A stretch of DNA of 64,000 nucleotides from Heterodontus francisci (taxonomy: Eukaryota), in the NCBI RefSeq assembly GCF_036365525.1, contig NC_090376.1, forward strand, positions 59,050,559 to 59,114,558, read 5' to 3'. The position numbers and the translations under genes were made by a program. Under the pieces are notes generated by a model. That model was not told the DNA's origin, did not search any database, and was given only the letters and a program-made list of their open reading frames with translations. Below, in pieces: positions 22,701-34,490 of this stretch (position 1 is the stretch's first letter; every line of letters begins with the position of its first letter).

Positions 22701-24754
22701 GAGCCATTCCCATTCACTTGCTCACTTCCTGAACTCTGTGAAAATAGCGGGGGTGGCCGATCCCAGTGTGCCTGCCATGTGAACCATCAATCAGCGCTCA
22801 CCCCGCCCGGGCTGCTCACTGTCAGTCAGACAGTGACCAATCACAGAAAGGCACCTGCCGCCCATGAGACAGAGATCCCGCCTACCCCCGCCATGTGACG
22901 TGAACATTAATAGGTGAGCCGCCAATCAAAGCCGGGCCAAAGGCTGTCCGCTGTCAGTCACTGGCGGGCCGGATGGAAGCCTTCGGCTGGCTGGATTCTA
23001 GCCCACAGGTCACATGTTAGATAACCCAGTTTTGAAATAACCTAGATGCTAGGTTATTTTAAAACACAAGTTTAAAGGCTTGAAGCAAGACATTTAAAAT
23101 TAGCATGGATGTCAAAATTTTTACCACTTGACACTGGTGTCCATGTATGGACACGCTACCGACCCCGAGGGAGGATGGAGCAAACTTGGGACCCCGAAAA
23201 GCCCTCCTGTTCTTCCTGGCTCACAAGGGAAAAAAAATGTAAAACCTCACTTCACTGGGCATCTTCAGGTCCTGGTCGCTGTTCCCACCATGTTTGGCCT
23301 TGTGGGGAAGCCACAACTCCTCCACTATTCAGGCCTTAGGTTAAAATGGCCCTGGTGTCGTCCTCGGGACCCAACCTACATATTTAAAGATGACCCACTG
23401 ACTTGCACTGGGTGCTCTTGCCACCTGTATTTTAAATTGCAGTCGGCCAGATCAGGCGAGAAAGGAATGGGTAAATTTCTCAACTCCCTCACCTGGTGGA
23501 AATCAAGACCAAGCAACAATATTTTTCTTCACTTTTTGCCTTTGATCTGCTATTCGACTTGTGCATTTTCACCCATCAACTACCAGTAACAAAAGGTTTA
23601 TGCACATGTACTATTATCTTAAGTTTTCAACTGCTTAGCATCCTTCCATCTACGAAAGATGATGGACACCCAGCAAACAATTCATTTAGATGGGGTGTCT
23701 TCTCCTGGTGCACCTTTTCTGATGGCTGTGAAGGCCAATCCTTGAGAGGCAGGTTCTGCCACAAGTGCTGCACATGAAGCTGCCAAGTGACGCTGTGAGT
23801 TGTTGTTTTTGACGTTGCCGCCCGTTGCCGAGCTGTTGTAGCCACTAGTCATCATGGCAGTGCACACCAGTCCACAGGATGTGTCGCCATTTCCCTCTTT
23901 CGCCAGCTCGTGACTCCTAGGTGGGATAGTCGATATTTAGGGCCTTCATGTCACGCTTGCAAACATCCTTGATGCGGAGCTTTGGGAACCCCACTGGTCA
24001 TCTGGCCCCAGCTACCTCACCATACAGAAGGTTCTTGGGTATGCGACCGCCTTCTATCTGGGGACTTGTCCAATCCACCAATCCAATCCAGCCTCTTTTG
24101 ATTAGTGCCGACACACTTGGGAGCTCTGCCTTTGAGAGGACTGCAGCATTTGTGATTTTGTCCTGCCAGGTGTTATGAAAGTGCTTCCATTTTTAAATAT
24201 TTTTTGAGGACTCGTATTTAAAAATTGTGGAAATGGATTCATTTGAAAGACTGAAGAGATTCCATAGATGCTGGACTTTGTTTTTTTTTAAAGGTCACTG
24301 GAAGGACTTGAGATTTTGTTTAAAAACAATCCCTTACTGGAAGTCACATGTCTTAAGCTAAGTAAACAGCAGGAGCCTTGGTGACAAGGGGAGTTGCTTA
24401 CAGAAAAGTGACATGTCAAGATTTATGGTCGTCAAGAGTTGGTCTCGTTTGGATATTGTTTTGAGTCAGTTGGGGGTAAGTCTGCTAAAAGAGAAGCCAC
24501 CAGCTCATCCTTTTCCCACCACTTTGTGAAACCTTGAGAATCCAGTGTGATAGCTGAAACCCCTGATACAGTGATTCTCCTGGAAAGCCTGCCAGACTAA
24601 TCCTCGACATCACCTGAAAAGAACTGCTCCAAAAAGATCCTAGCGAGAGCCGTCTATGCGCATTTGGACACCAGAATAAAGGACCAGCTGAGACATCCCA
24701 TATCTTATCCTTTTATCTTCAAGAATTAACAAGTATTTGTTAATTCTTGCCACT

Positions 24755-25088
24755 GCACAGTGGCGCAGTGGTTAGCACCGCAGCCTCACAGCTCCAGCGA
24801 CCCGGGTTCAATTCTGGGTACTGCCTGTGTGGAGTTTGCAAGTTCTCCCTGTGTCTGCGTGTGTTTCCTCCGGGTGCTCCGGTTTCCTCCCACATGCCAA
24901 AAAGACTTGCAGGGTGATAGGTTAATTGGCCATTATAAATTGCCCCTAGTATAGGTAGGTGGTAGGGAAATATAGGGACAGGTTGGGATGTGGTAGGAAT
25001 ATGGGATTAGTATAAATGGGTGGTTGATGGTCGGCACAGACTCGGTGGGCCGAAGGGCCTGTTTCAGTGCTGTATCTCTAAACTAAAC
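24755..25088 (+). mobile_element. HE1-type V-SINE
   Basis: Near-identical to 15021-15373. Confidence 0.92.
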
Positions 25089-25391
25089 TATTTGGCCAAA
25101 GTTTTTTTTTGTCTTTTTTTGCAAAGAGATCTCTGCAGAGGAAACTTCTTTATTTTTCCATTAACTGGTGTGTGTGCGCCTGAGTTTTCTGGTAATTTAG
25201 AAGGGAACTTTCATATTTCAACCTGTGTATTAATAAGCTTTGCATCTTTATTGAATAAGTCTTGTTTTATAATAAATTAATAATTTGGTTGTTTAATAAG
25301 GATACCTGGTTGGTGGATTTTACTCTGAAACTAAAATAGATAAAGTATATAATTGGTTGTATCAGTAACTAGGTAAAACATTTAAATATAT

Positions 25392-26180
25392 ATAGTCGTT
25401 TGGTAGTATAGATCTTGAGTATTGCTGAAAACGAAGACATTTTGTCAAAGCTTTTCATCTTGCACTCATTAGGACAATTTGCAAGAATACCAATGTAAGG
25501 AAAAGCAACAAATTGATATTGTATAAGAAGGGAGTGCTGATTGGTTGGCAAGTGAACTCTGATTGATGGAGGCATTGCCATGGTGAATGCACCCGTTTAT
25601 GATGACTGACAGTTAACTGCCAAGCTTTGTTTGAAATTTAAAACAGGCAGCTTGACTCTGATTGGTCAAGGCATTGCCCTGAGGAATGAACCAGTGAATG
25701 GCTGTCACTTATTTAGTTTTACTGAAACAGGCGCAATGTGTGTACATGTTCTTTCTGCCTGCAAAGGACAGAGCTCTGTGTATTAATATAGGTAGCTTCC
25801 AGTACGTGCAAATGCGCCACACTGTGGGCCCAGCTGACAACCTCAAGTTGGTTGTCAGCGTAATTCTTAGCACACTGCGGACTATTTAGCAAATGTTGTC
25901 CAATCGTGGAATCATTCCTCAGGGCAATGCCTTGACCAATCAGAGTCAAGCTGCCTGGTTTAGATTTCAAACAAAGCTTGGCAGTTAACTGTCAGTCACC
26001 ATAAACTGGTGCATTCTCCATGGCAACGCCTCTACTAATCAGAGTCCACTTGCCAACCAATCAGCACTCTCTTCTCGTAGAGTATAAATCTGTTGTTTTC
26101 CCTTACATTGGTATTCTTGCAAATTGTCCTGATGAATGCAAGATGAAAAGCTTTGACAAAATGTCTCTGTTTTCAGCAAT
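25392..26180 (-). mobile_element. Penelope-like element 3' fragment with inverted pseudo-LTRs
   Basis: GIY-YIG C-terminal peptide STIGQHLLNSPQCAKNY...LEATYI....LCRQKE (25719-25915). Inverted arms of about 270 bp at 25420-25689 and 25912-26181. Flanking duplication ATTTAAATATAT (25380-25391, 26181-26192). Confidence 0.85.
26124..26159 (+). ncRNA. Minimal type I hammerhead ribozyme motif in the Penelope pLTR
   Basis: TTGTC-CTGATGA-ATGCAAGAT-GAAA-AGCT-TT-GACAA: stem I TTGTC/GACAA, conserved CUGAUGA and GAAA boxes, palindromic stem III AAGCTT. The mirror copy at 25442-25477(-) has a mutated core (CTAATGA). Confidence 0.65.
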
Positions 26181-28484
26181 ATTTAAATATATGTTGTGAC
26201 CCATGGAGAAGTGGAACTGGAGAAAGACAGTGCACTCCTCCAGCCTCGGTCGTAACAGGATATATCCATATTGCATCACAGACAGCAAAGATGGAAACTA
26301 TTGAGCTTCTTTTCCTGGTAGCTGTAAGTTGCCCATGTTTCACAGCCATACGGCAAGGTCCTGAGAACATAGGCCTTATAAACCATCAGCTTGGTGCTAA
26401 GGGTCAGCTTGGTGTTATCCCATGAGCGTTTCGCGAGTCAGCCAAAAGTGGTAGCTGCTTTTGCTATGTGTGGATCGAGCTCTGCATCAAGGGACAGATG
26501 TCTGTCACCATGGATCCAAGATAGCAGAATTTGCTAACCACTTCTAGTGGGGTGGGGTGTTATTTAGTGTGATCAGGAGCGGAGATGCAACACCTTGTCC
26601 CACGACTACAGTTTTCTTGATGCTTATAGTCAACAAGTTACAGGCATAGAGAGACAAACGTAGCAAATAGATTTTCACTAATGTCACATTATATAACACC
26701 TGCACTCTGCGAACCATGACCAATACTGCTTCCATTGCTCGTCAGCAGGGTCTTTTGTCTGAAATGCAATTGTTCGACTGTGCTGCAAAACAGATTTCTT
26801 TCAGTTAGGTCTTGCTGGCTGGGTTTCATCAGTCATCCATTGTGCGCATCTACATTGTTATGTCCTTGAGAGTATAAAGCTGCTAATACTTTCATTTCAT
26901 TTTATATCTTCCTCAAGTAAATTTCATTCAACATTTTGGGCATAAAATGCATCAGTCAGCCCATCATTCACCTCTTGTCTTGGTTGAGCAGACACTGTAT
27001 GGTCAGGATTAAATGAGATTGATACCACAACACTGTCAGCATAAAAACAGTTTTTTATTTGTTGCGGGGGTTGAGGGAGGGTGGGGGGGTGCGGTGTTGG
27101 AGTGGGTCCATGTGGAACAAGCAGATTTATCCAAAGGAATGCTAACTGCTTGACAGATAGTGAAAGATATCCATCTCAGTGCCTATGGTAGTTTATACTG
27201 CTTTACAAATAGGGACAGTGATTGACTTTGTGTGATAGTGTAAAATGGGTGGTAGTTAACTGGCAGCCTATTTTATATATCTCCCAATCTTTATTTGCAT
27301 TGAAGAAGTCAATTGGGAGAGATTTAAAATGGGCTGCAAAGTCGCTGTCAGCTATGTTATACTATCACACAAATGCAAAATCTACCCCATAATAGCAAAA
27401 AGAACAAGAAGCATTTGGCTCTCATAAGCATTCAGTTGGTGAGTGACTATAGGCAGATTATTTTTCTGATATGAGTAAGGAAGACTTTGAGATTGCTATT
27501 AATTAATTAACAATCAAGCTGACCATAGACAGCACAAGACCTCGCCATCCCACTCTAGACTCTGTCAGCTCCCACAGCTATCTATTCCATTTCAAGTTCA
27601 CTGGATATATAAGGCAGAATGTTACCAGCCCTATGGAGGCAGGAATGGAGGTGGAGGGGCCAGTAAAATGGAGTTGGGGTGCGTCGGGCTGGCTCCCGCA
27701 TCTTCCCACTGTCAACCAATTTTACCAGACGCGAGAGGGAGGACAGATCAGTGGCTGACAGAAAAGTGATGGGCAGGTAATTAAGGTTGTTAAACAGCCA
27801 ATTGTCAGGTATTTTCCTACCTTTTTCTGATTTTATCAAAAGCACACGGGATGCACGGAGGCTTAGAGTCTCACCTGCTCAAATAAGGCGAGATCTCAGT
27901 GGCAGCTGAGTTGTGCAGGGAACTGGTAGCTGTACTGTGAAGCTGTCTGCAGGCTGTGTGTTGAAGAAGCGAATCTATCAAGTTTGGAGGCACTGTAGAG
28001 GGTGGGGTCAAGATGATGTGCTGCAAGTGGAAAGGAGTCTCCCAAGTCCACAGCAGCCACTGGAGGCAGGACAAGGTTCTTCAGAGGCTCATCGCAGAGG
28101 AGGATTCATCTGGCTATGGGGTCAATGCTTTCAGATTCTGACTCCTCCAGTCAGGAGGAGAGTAGCACAGCGATGGGGATGCAATGGCCAGGGGAGCTCC
28201 AGCAGCCTGAGGAAACCATTGGATGTGGATGAGGAGGGAGATTAGGGGAAAGTGGGCAGCCTCATATTCACAGAAAGCACTATCCAGCTCAAAGGGTGCA
28301 CCATCAGAGGCTCAGCATCATCAAAATGTCTGAGCACCAATGTCTCTCCAGGGAGGTGGTGGTGGAGCTGTGCAGAGTTTTGGACCAGGAGTTGATGCCA
28401 TTGGAAAATGACAGACACCCAATGTCTGCAGCCTTAAAGGTGATGTTGGCACTCAACTTTATCGCCTGTGGTTCATTTCAGGGA

Positions 28485-29884
28485 TCATAAGATCATAAGA
28501 ACTAGGAGCAGGAATAGGCTGTCCGGCCCCTCGAGCCTGCTCCGCCATTTAATAAGATCATGGCTGATCTTTTCGTGGACTCAGATCCACTTACCCGTGC
28601 TCTCACCGTATCCCTTAATTCCTTTATTGTTCAAAAAGATATCTACCTTAGCTTTAAAAACGTTTACTAAAGAAGCGTCAACTACTTCACTGGGCAAGGA
28701 ATTCCATAGATTAACAACCCTCTGGGTGAAGAAGTTCCTTCTTAATTCAGTCCTAAATCTGCTCCCTCTAATCTTGAGGCTATGCCCTCTTGTCCTAGCT
28801 TCACCTGCCAGTGGAAACATCCTCTCTACTTGTATCTTATCTATTCCCTTCATAATTTTATATGTTTCTATAAGATCCCCCCTCATTCTTCTGAATTCCA
28901 ATGAATATAATCCCAATCTACTCAGTCTCTCCTCATAAGCCAACCCCCTCAACTCCGGAATCAACCTAGTGAACCTCCTCTGCACCTTCTCCAGTGCCAG
29001 TATATCCTTTCTCAAGTAAGGAGACCAAAACTGCACACAGTACTCCAGGTGCGACCTCACCAGTACCTTATACAGCTGCAACATAACCTCTCTGCTTTTA
29101 AACTCAATTCCTTTAGCAATGAAGGACAAAATTCCATTTGCCTTCCTAATTACTTGCTGTACCTGCAGACCAACCTTCTGCGATTCATGCACAAGGACAC
29201 CCAGGTCCCTCTGATTAGCAGCATGCTGCAACTTTTTACCATTCAAGTAATAATCCTTTTTACTGTTACTCCTACCGAAATGAATGACTTCACATTTATC
29301 AACGTTGTATTCCATCTGCCAGACCTTTGCCCACTCACTCAATGTATCTATGTTCCTCTGCAAAGTTTCACAGTCATCTGCACACTTCGCTCTGCCACTC
29401 ATCTTAGTGTCATCTGCAAACTTTGACAACATACACGTGGTCCCCAACTCCAAATCATCTATATAAATTGTAAATAATTGTGGTCCCAACACCGATCCCT
29501 GAGGCACACCACTAGTGACTGATTGCCAACCAGAATAGCACTCATTTATCCCCACTCTCTGCTTCCTGTTAGTCAACCAATCCTCTATCCATGCTAATAC
29601 TTTACCCCCAACGCCATGCATCCTTATCTTATGCAGCAACCTCTTGTGCGGCACCTTGTCGAAGGCCTTTTGGAAATCCAGGTACACCACATCCACTGGG
29701 TCCCCACTGTCCACCTTGCTCGTAATGTCATCATAGAATTCCAAAAGATTTGTCAAGCATGACCTGCCCTTCATGAACCCATGCTGCGTCTGCCCAACGG
29801 GACAATTTCTATCGAGATGCCCTGCTATTTCTTCCTTGATAATAGACTCAAGCATCTTCCCCACTACAGAGGTTAAGCTAACCG
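28485..29884 (-). mobile_element. Young 5'-truncated CR1 LINE
   Basis: (CATAAGAT)n tail at 28486-28500 and an uninterrupted RT ORF. Flanks GATCAT/GATTAT. Splits the HARBI1-like frame. Confidence 0.95.
28581..29864 (-). CDS. CR1 ORF2 reverse-transcriptase domain and C-terminus (427 aa, 5' truncated)
   Basis: QHGFMKGRSCLTNL, YLDFQKAFDKVPH, GVPQGSVLGP and KFADDTK, with no stops. Confidence 0.9.
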   Translation of the reverse strand: MGKMLESIIKEEIAGHLDRNCPVGQTQHGFMKGRSCLTNLLEFYDDITSKVDSGDPVDVVYLDFQKAFDKVPHKRLLHKIRMHGVGGKVLAWIEDWLTNRKQRVGINECYSGWQSVTSGVPQGSVLGPQLFTIYIDDLELGTTCMLSKFADDTKMSGRAKCADDCETLQRNIDTLSEWAKVWQMEYNVDKCEVIHFGRSNSKKDYYLNGKKLQHAANQRDLGVLVHESQKVGLQVQQVIRKANGILSFIAKGIEFKSREVMLQLYKVLVRSHLEYCVQFWSPYLRKDILALEKVQRRFTRLIPELRGLAYEERLSRLGLYSLEFRRMRGDLIETYKIMKGIDKIQVERMFPLAGEARTRGHSLKIRGSRFRTELRRNFFTQRVVNLWNSLPSEVVDASLVNVFKAKVDIFLNNKGIKGYGESTGKWI

Positions 29885-30138
29885 ATTATCTGGAGATCCC
29901 TGTGCCTTCTCCCAGTCAGCAGCCCATCGCTGCATAAAGGAGGTCACAGAAGCCATGTACCATCGGGCTGGCCATTATATCAAGTTCACAACCAATCAGG
30001 CTAAGAGGGCAGTTGGCTTCAGGGCAATGGCTGGAATTCCCAGGTGCAGGAGATCATTGACTGTACTCATATGGCCATCAAGGCTCTCTCAGAGCAGCCA
30101 GACACCTTTGTGAACAAGATAGGCTTACACTCCTCAAT

Positions 30139-30363
30139 CAAAAACAAGAAATGCTGGAATCACTCAGCAGGTCTGGCAGCATCTGTGGAAAGAGAAGCAG
30201 AGTTAACGTTTCGGGTCAGTGACCCTTCTTCGGTTCCGAAGAAGGGTCACTGACCCGAAGCGTTAACTCTGCTTCTCTTTCCACAGATGCTGCCAGACCT
30301 GCTGAGTGATTCCAGCATTTCTTGTTTTTGTTTCAGATTTCCAGCATCCGCAGTATTTTGCTT
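30139..30363. mobile_element. Young palindromic insertion of the hammerhead-bearing Penelope-associated repeat
   Basis: Near-perfect inverted arms of about 95 bp centred near 30234, with a 14-bp TSD TTACACTCCTCAAT (30125-30138, 30364-30377). Confidence 0.85.
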
Positions 30364-31299
30364 TTACACTCCTCAATGTTCGGGTTGTCTGCAACCACCC
30401 TAAGTGGATCATACAGGTGTGTGGGTGATTTCCAGGAAGTTGCCACGACTCCCACATCCTTAGACAGTCCCAATTGCCTCAGCTCTTCAAACCACCCAAA
30501 CATCTTTGTGGCTAGATCCTGGGAACAAGGGGTATCCACTGAAGTTATAGTTTCTGACCCCTGCAAGCAGTCCCAACACAAAAGCAGAGGACCCATACAA
30601 CTGCTGCATATGACTATAAGGGCCACTGTCAAGCAAGCCATTGGCCTTTTGAAGATGAGATTTATAGGCCTCGATAGATCTGGGGGAGACCCTAATTTTC
30701 GTCTGCTGCGCATTGCACAACCTGACGCTCAAAAGGGAGTAGCGCTGGAGCCAGAGGAAGACACTGAGCGAACTGCATCCTCAGAGGAAGAGGATGAGCA
30801 TGAGGCAACTCAACAGGCGCCAGCCAATGAAGATGGCACCACGGGGCCCAGCTCACAGGACAGTGACATGCATGGCAGGGAGAGTCGCGACTCTCTGATC
30901 AACAGAGCATCACATGAGGACAAGTGTAAGAGGCCACTGAATCAAGAAGTTTTCTCCCAGAGGCAGCCTTGCTGACCTTTCATCAGAGACCCTTAGCATC
31001 TCTCTGTACCTGTCAACACTATATGCCAAGGCCTTTTGTCAGCACAGGTCCTTGTGAGACCCTCACATTTACATACCATCCATCCATTTTATTTCATATC
31101 TGGACACTGTCAACGGTTGCATGAAAATAAAAACACAAGTCTTTATACATTGCATGTCAAGACCTTTAACTCTCATTAAACATTAAATGCTTCTGCAGTT
31201 AACAAATTATTACCCACTGAAACCCTAAGTGCTAGTCCATGCATTTGCACACTTGCTCACAGTCACTTCTTTGGGGTACTCCCCTGAGCCTGGAGTTGA

Positions 31300-32960
31300 T
31301 GTGGAGCAAGGCTGTTACCTTTCTTGTTCCAGTGCATTAGCTGGCGGTGGCCTGTGTCCTTGGGGTGCCTGAGCCCTGCTGGGGCCCAGTACATTTAGGG
31401 CCACCTGCAGCTGTTCAGGGACAGCCTCAGTTATCAGACCAGCAAGCAGTATTAGTGTCACCGTCGAAGGGGCCAAGGATCTGCCTTCAGTTGTGGAAGC
31501 ACCTTGAAAGGAGCCCCCATTGCCTGGACCCTGGCCCTTCCGACACCCCCCCCCCCCCCCCCCCCGCCCCCAGTGTGGTCGTGTGGTGTAGTTGAGCTCT
31601 TGGCAATGGGAAGATATGGCTGGCCCATCTCGCTTTCCCATTGCTCCATTAACCTCATGGATGAGGTCATATTATGGAGGTCCATGAGCACCCCCTGCAT
31701 CCACTTGGTGCTATGCTCCAGGTGTCTCTCCATGAGGGTCACCTCTATCTGAATGGAGGATACCATGCCAGAAATGGAGCCACTCATGGCATGGATCGTC
31801 TCCTCCACTGTATTGCACATGGGACTTCACTGCCTCTGAAAATTCCAGCAGATGTTCACACAATTGATGCAGAAGCTGAAGCATTTGTTGTTTTGCTGAT
31901 GACAGCCGAGGACTACCATCTGCATGGAGTTGAGTATCATTGGGCCTCTCCTCACTTCTCCAAGGGGAAGTGGCACAGCTGTCACTGCCTCCATTACCTC
32001 CTCCTGCATGTCCGTGCAGTGCTCACCACCCACTCTACAAATGCAACAAAGCCTACTGGCATGAATGTATCTGTGCTAGTGGAGAGTGAGCATGAATGAA
32101 GTGACTCAGGGTCTTGAGATAACGTTGCATCCTGTGAGCTTTCCAGTGTAGCAGCAGTCTTTGTCTGTTCCTCATCTGTTGCTGTACCTGATGGAGAAAC
32201 ATGATTTAAGTGAAACAGCTGCCCCTTCAACCAAGCCCTGGTACCTCCCCTTGATTAGGTGCTTCCAGTGGTGTTAAAGGCCCACGCAGATGCCATAGGC
32301 CACACATGGTCTAGGGAATGAAGGATGCAACCATCACTTGACTCACTCTCCATAGCTGCCACACCTCCCTCACCCTCAGCGACAGGCTGCCCTGCTGTGA
32401 CCCATCCAATCTCAATGGCCTCCTCCTCCATCGGTGTCACCACGGCGATGAAAAGCATTCCACCTCCGGTTCGTTGACACTTCCTGACATTTTGACTGTG
32501 CTTCTCCTGCAAGTATAAACATAGGCAGTGTCAGTCATGGCGCATCTGTGCTGGTCACTCTGAGGCATTGTAAACGTGCAGCACCACGCTGCTGGGATGA
32601 CATGGTGAGGCGGTCATTCAGCCATCTCAATGCAGCATACACCCATCACTGACCAAAGGGTTTGGATGCATGTGAACTGGACGGATCAATGTGGATATTG
32701 GTGCCTGATGTTGCCCCATGCATGGATCTACCACTTGGCCTCACATTTCTTGGGTGCCTTTTATTATTTCATGCTGGGCTTCCAGTTTGTAACTCTAAAC
32801 GCCACTCAGCTTTCCAGACTGCAACAGATCATTAAGTCTCTTCCTGCATGGGATCCAAGTTCTTGCTGGCCTCCTCCCATCTGCTGCCTTACTGCCTGCA
32901 AAAGCATCTCCACAGAGGCATCGCTGAATCATGAAGCAACCCTTCCTCATACTGACACCA
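31300..32960 (-). pseudogene. Harbinger Myb/SANT-like DNA-binding gene remnant (multi-exon)
   Basis: ..F.DASVEMLLQAV..RTWIPCRKRLNDL (exon 1), EKHSQNVRKCQRTGGG..TPMEEEAIEI (exon 2) and a coiled-coil-like VEETIHAMSGSIS segment (exon 3). Confidence 0.7.
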
Positions 32961-34490
32961 TTGCTGTGCTGCTTTCTTGCTCTTGAACCCCTCCTTCTTG
33001 CCTCTGTCTTCAATCTGCCTGACTGCTGCACGTGCCTTTAAAAATGGCAGCTGCATGCGAGCTGCCAGCACTAGGACCAACTGGCCAACGTTAATTGGCT
33101 GGCTCGCTGCCTGCTGGCCCTTAATTGGATGTTGCTGGTAAAATCCCGAAGGAAGTCCCGCCGCCCACCCATGCGTGCCGCCGAACCGCATTTCCACCCA
33201 ACGTTGGCCTGTCTGCCCATTGGTAAAATTCAGGCCGCTGACCAGAAGAAATCTTCAGGAGGTACTTAGGTTGCCACACAAAATGAGTAGAGTAATGAAT
33301 CCCTGCTGATGATACAGGATTATCTCAGCTCTGATGACTTTCCAACATTCACACATCCACCTATATTCTGTAACCGAGCTCACACATGAAAAATGGCCAA
33401 TTTAACAAACTACCACAAGGCTGCAGCTGTTCATGAAACCACAGTCATTGTCTGCAAAAGGGGTAAGAGGAGAGACTCATATTTCGTTTTGTCAAGCCCT
33501 GGATTTAGGGTGAATAATATGGATTAGTTACAGGCCAAACAGTTAAACATTTTTATGACAGACCTAGTGAAAGCTTTTCGAAATTAAATTCTTCCAGTTG
33601 ATAATTTTAACAAGTCAGTCAATATTTTTGGCAAAATCATCAACAGGATAATTTGTTCTGTAAATTAATGTTATTTTTGAAATGTTATAAAAATGCTGAG
33701 AACATCAGCTTTACTCTGTTTGCTGTTGTGGATTCTGCAGTTTCAAACATTTGCAGGGTCTGAAATGTGCTTTGAAATTCCACACTGAATTTAATTAAAA
33801 CATATATTTTTGAAGGAGCATTCAGGCATTGATTTAAATTTTCCTTGCCTATAATAAAACTATACTAGCACTGCAGCTATAACTGTCATTTAAACTAAAT
33901 CCTCAGTTGGAGGATTTTCAATCTAGTCCAAGAACTGTTGAAGGAATGGAAAAAAGCAGAAAATGCTGGAAACACTCAGGAGGTCAGGCATCGCATTATA
34001 GTTTTGAGGGTGGGTGCATACTCATAACATCATAACAATGACTCCACCCATTTTACCTAAGTGTCCAATATGGCTGGCTGCATGTGCACACTCATTCCGG
34101 TCTGGCAATTGGGTTGAGCTACTCAGGAGGCATTCAGGGAGTGCATCTGAAACTAGCATTATACCATTGCATATAAAAACTGAGGACCTAACATCTGGTT
34201 CAGGCCCCTTTGTGCAATTCAATTGCAACAGCATGTCATACAGCAGCCAACCCAGTGGTGCTGAAAGGGACAACTAGAAGTTACCACCCAAATTGTAAGT
34301 TTGACGTTCTTTGCTCACCTTATTATGGAGTTAGGAGAAACAGCAGTTCTCCTCCCAGATTTATGTTGAAATTGCAGGCCATTGTTAGTCACCGCTTGCT
34401 CCATCCCTCCCCCGCACCCCCCCCCCCCCACCACCGGACTCCTGTGGCCCTCGGCAGTAGCCGAGCTGGCATATCTTGCTGCTTCCCCAC

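Larger units (their letters stand above)
19965..23167. mobile_element. Non-autonomous hAT-like composite element, copy 2, containing an MROH-like cDNA fragment, an 18S rRNA fragment and a CR1
   Basis: Same terminal sequences as 396-7237. 8-bp flanks AGGGAGGG (19957-19964) and AGGGAGGA (23168-23175) fit a hAT-length TSD. Confidence 0.7.
24171..26257 (+). mobile_element. Solo LTR (same family as 782-1690) carrying nested HE1 SINE and Penelope insertions
   Basis: TGTTATGAAAGTGCTTCCAT...GGTCGTAACA, collinear with the reverse complement of 782-1690. Confidence 0.85.
23740..26660 (-). mobile_element. RTE-clade LINE 3' fragment, split by a solo LTR
   Basis: KFCYLGS, KAATTFG, KLMVYKA..YGCETW..QEKKLNSFH (26258-26660) continues as WQDKITN..KDVCKRDMK (24170 down to about 23800). 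Confidence 0.85.
28280..30930 (+). pseudogene. HARBI1-like Harbinger DDE transposase pseudogene, interrupted by a CR1 and a palindromic repeat
   Basis: ALNFIACGSFQ|G..SQSAAHRCIKEVTEA, IIDCTHMAIKA, GLHS.NV, FPGSCHDS.IL, QGVS (GYP-like) and RATVKQAIGLLKMRF.GLDRSGG, followed by an acidic tail. Confidence 0.85.
27612..33236. mobile_element. PIF/Harbinger transposon, decayed full length
   Basis: TIR-like AGGCAGAATGTTACCA / TGGTAAAATTCAGGCC (12/16 match), with convergent HARBI1-like and Myb/SANT genes. No clear TSD. Confidence 0.8.

Noticed and set aside
28280-30930. Domesticated host HARBI1 gene
   Set aside because: Frameshifted, interrupted by retroelements, bounded by TIRs and present as several divergent copies in the window.
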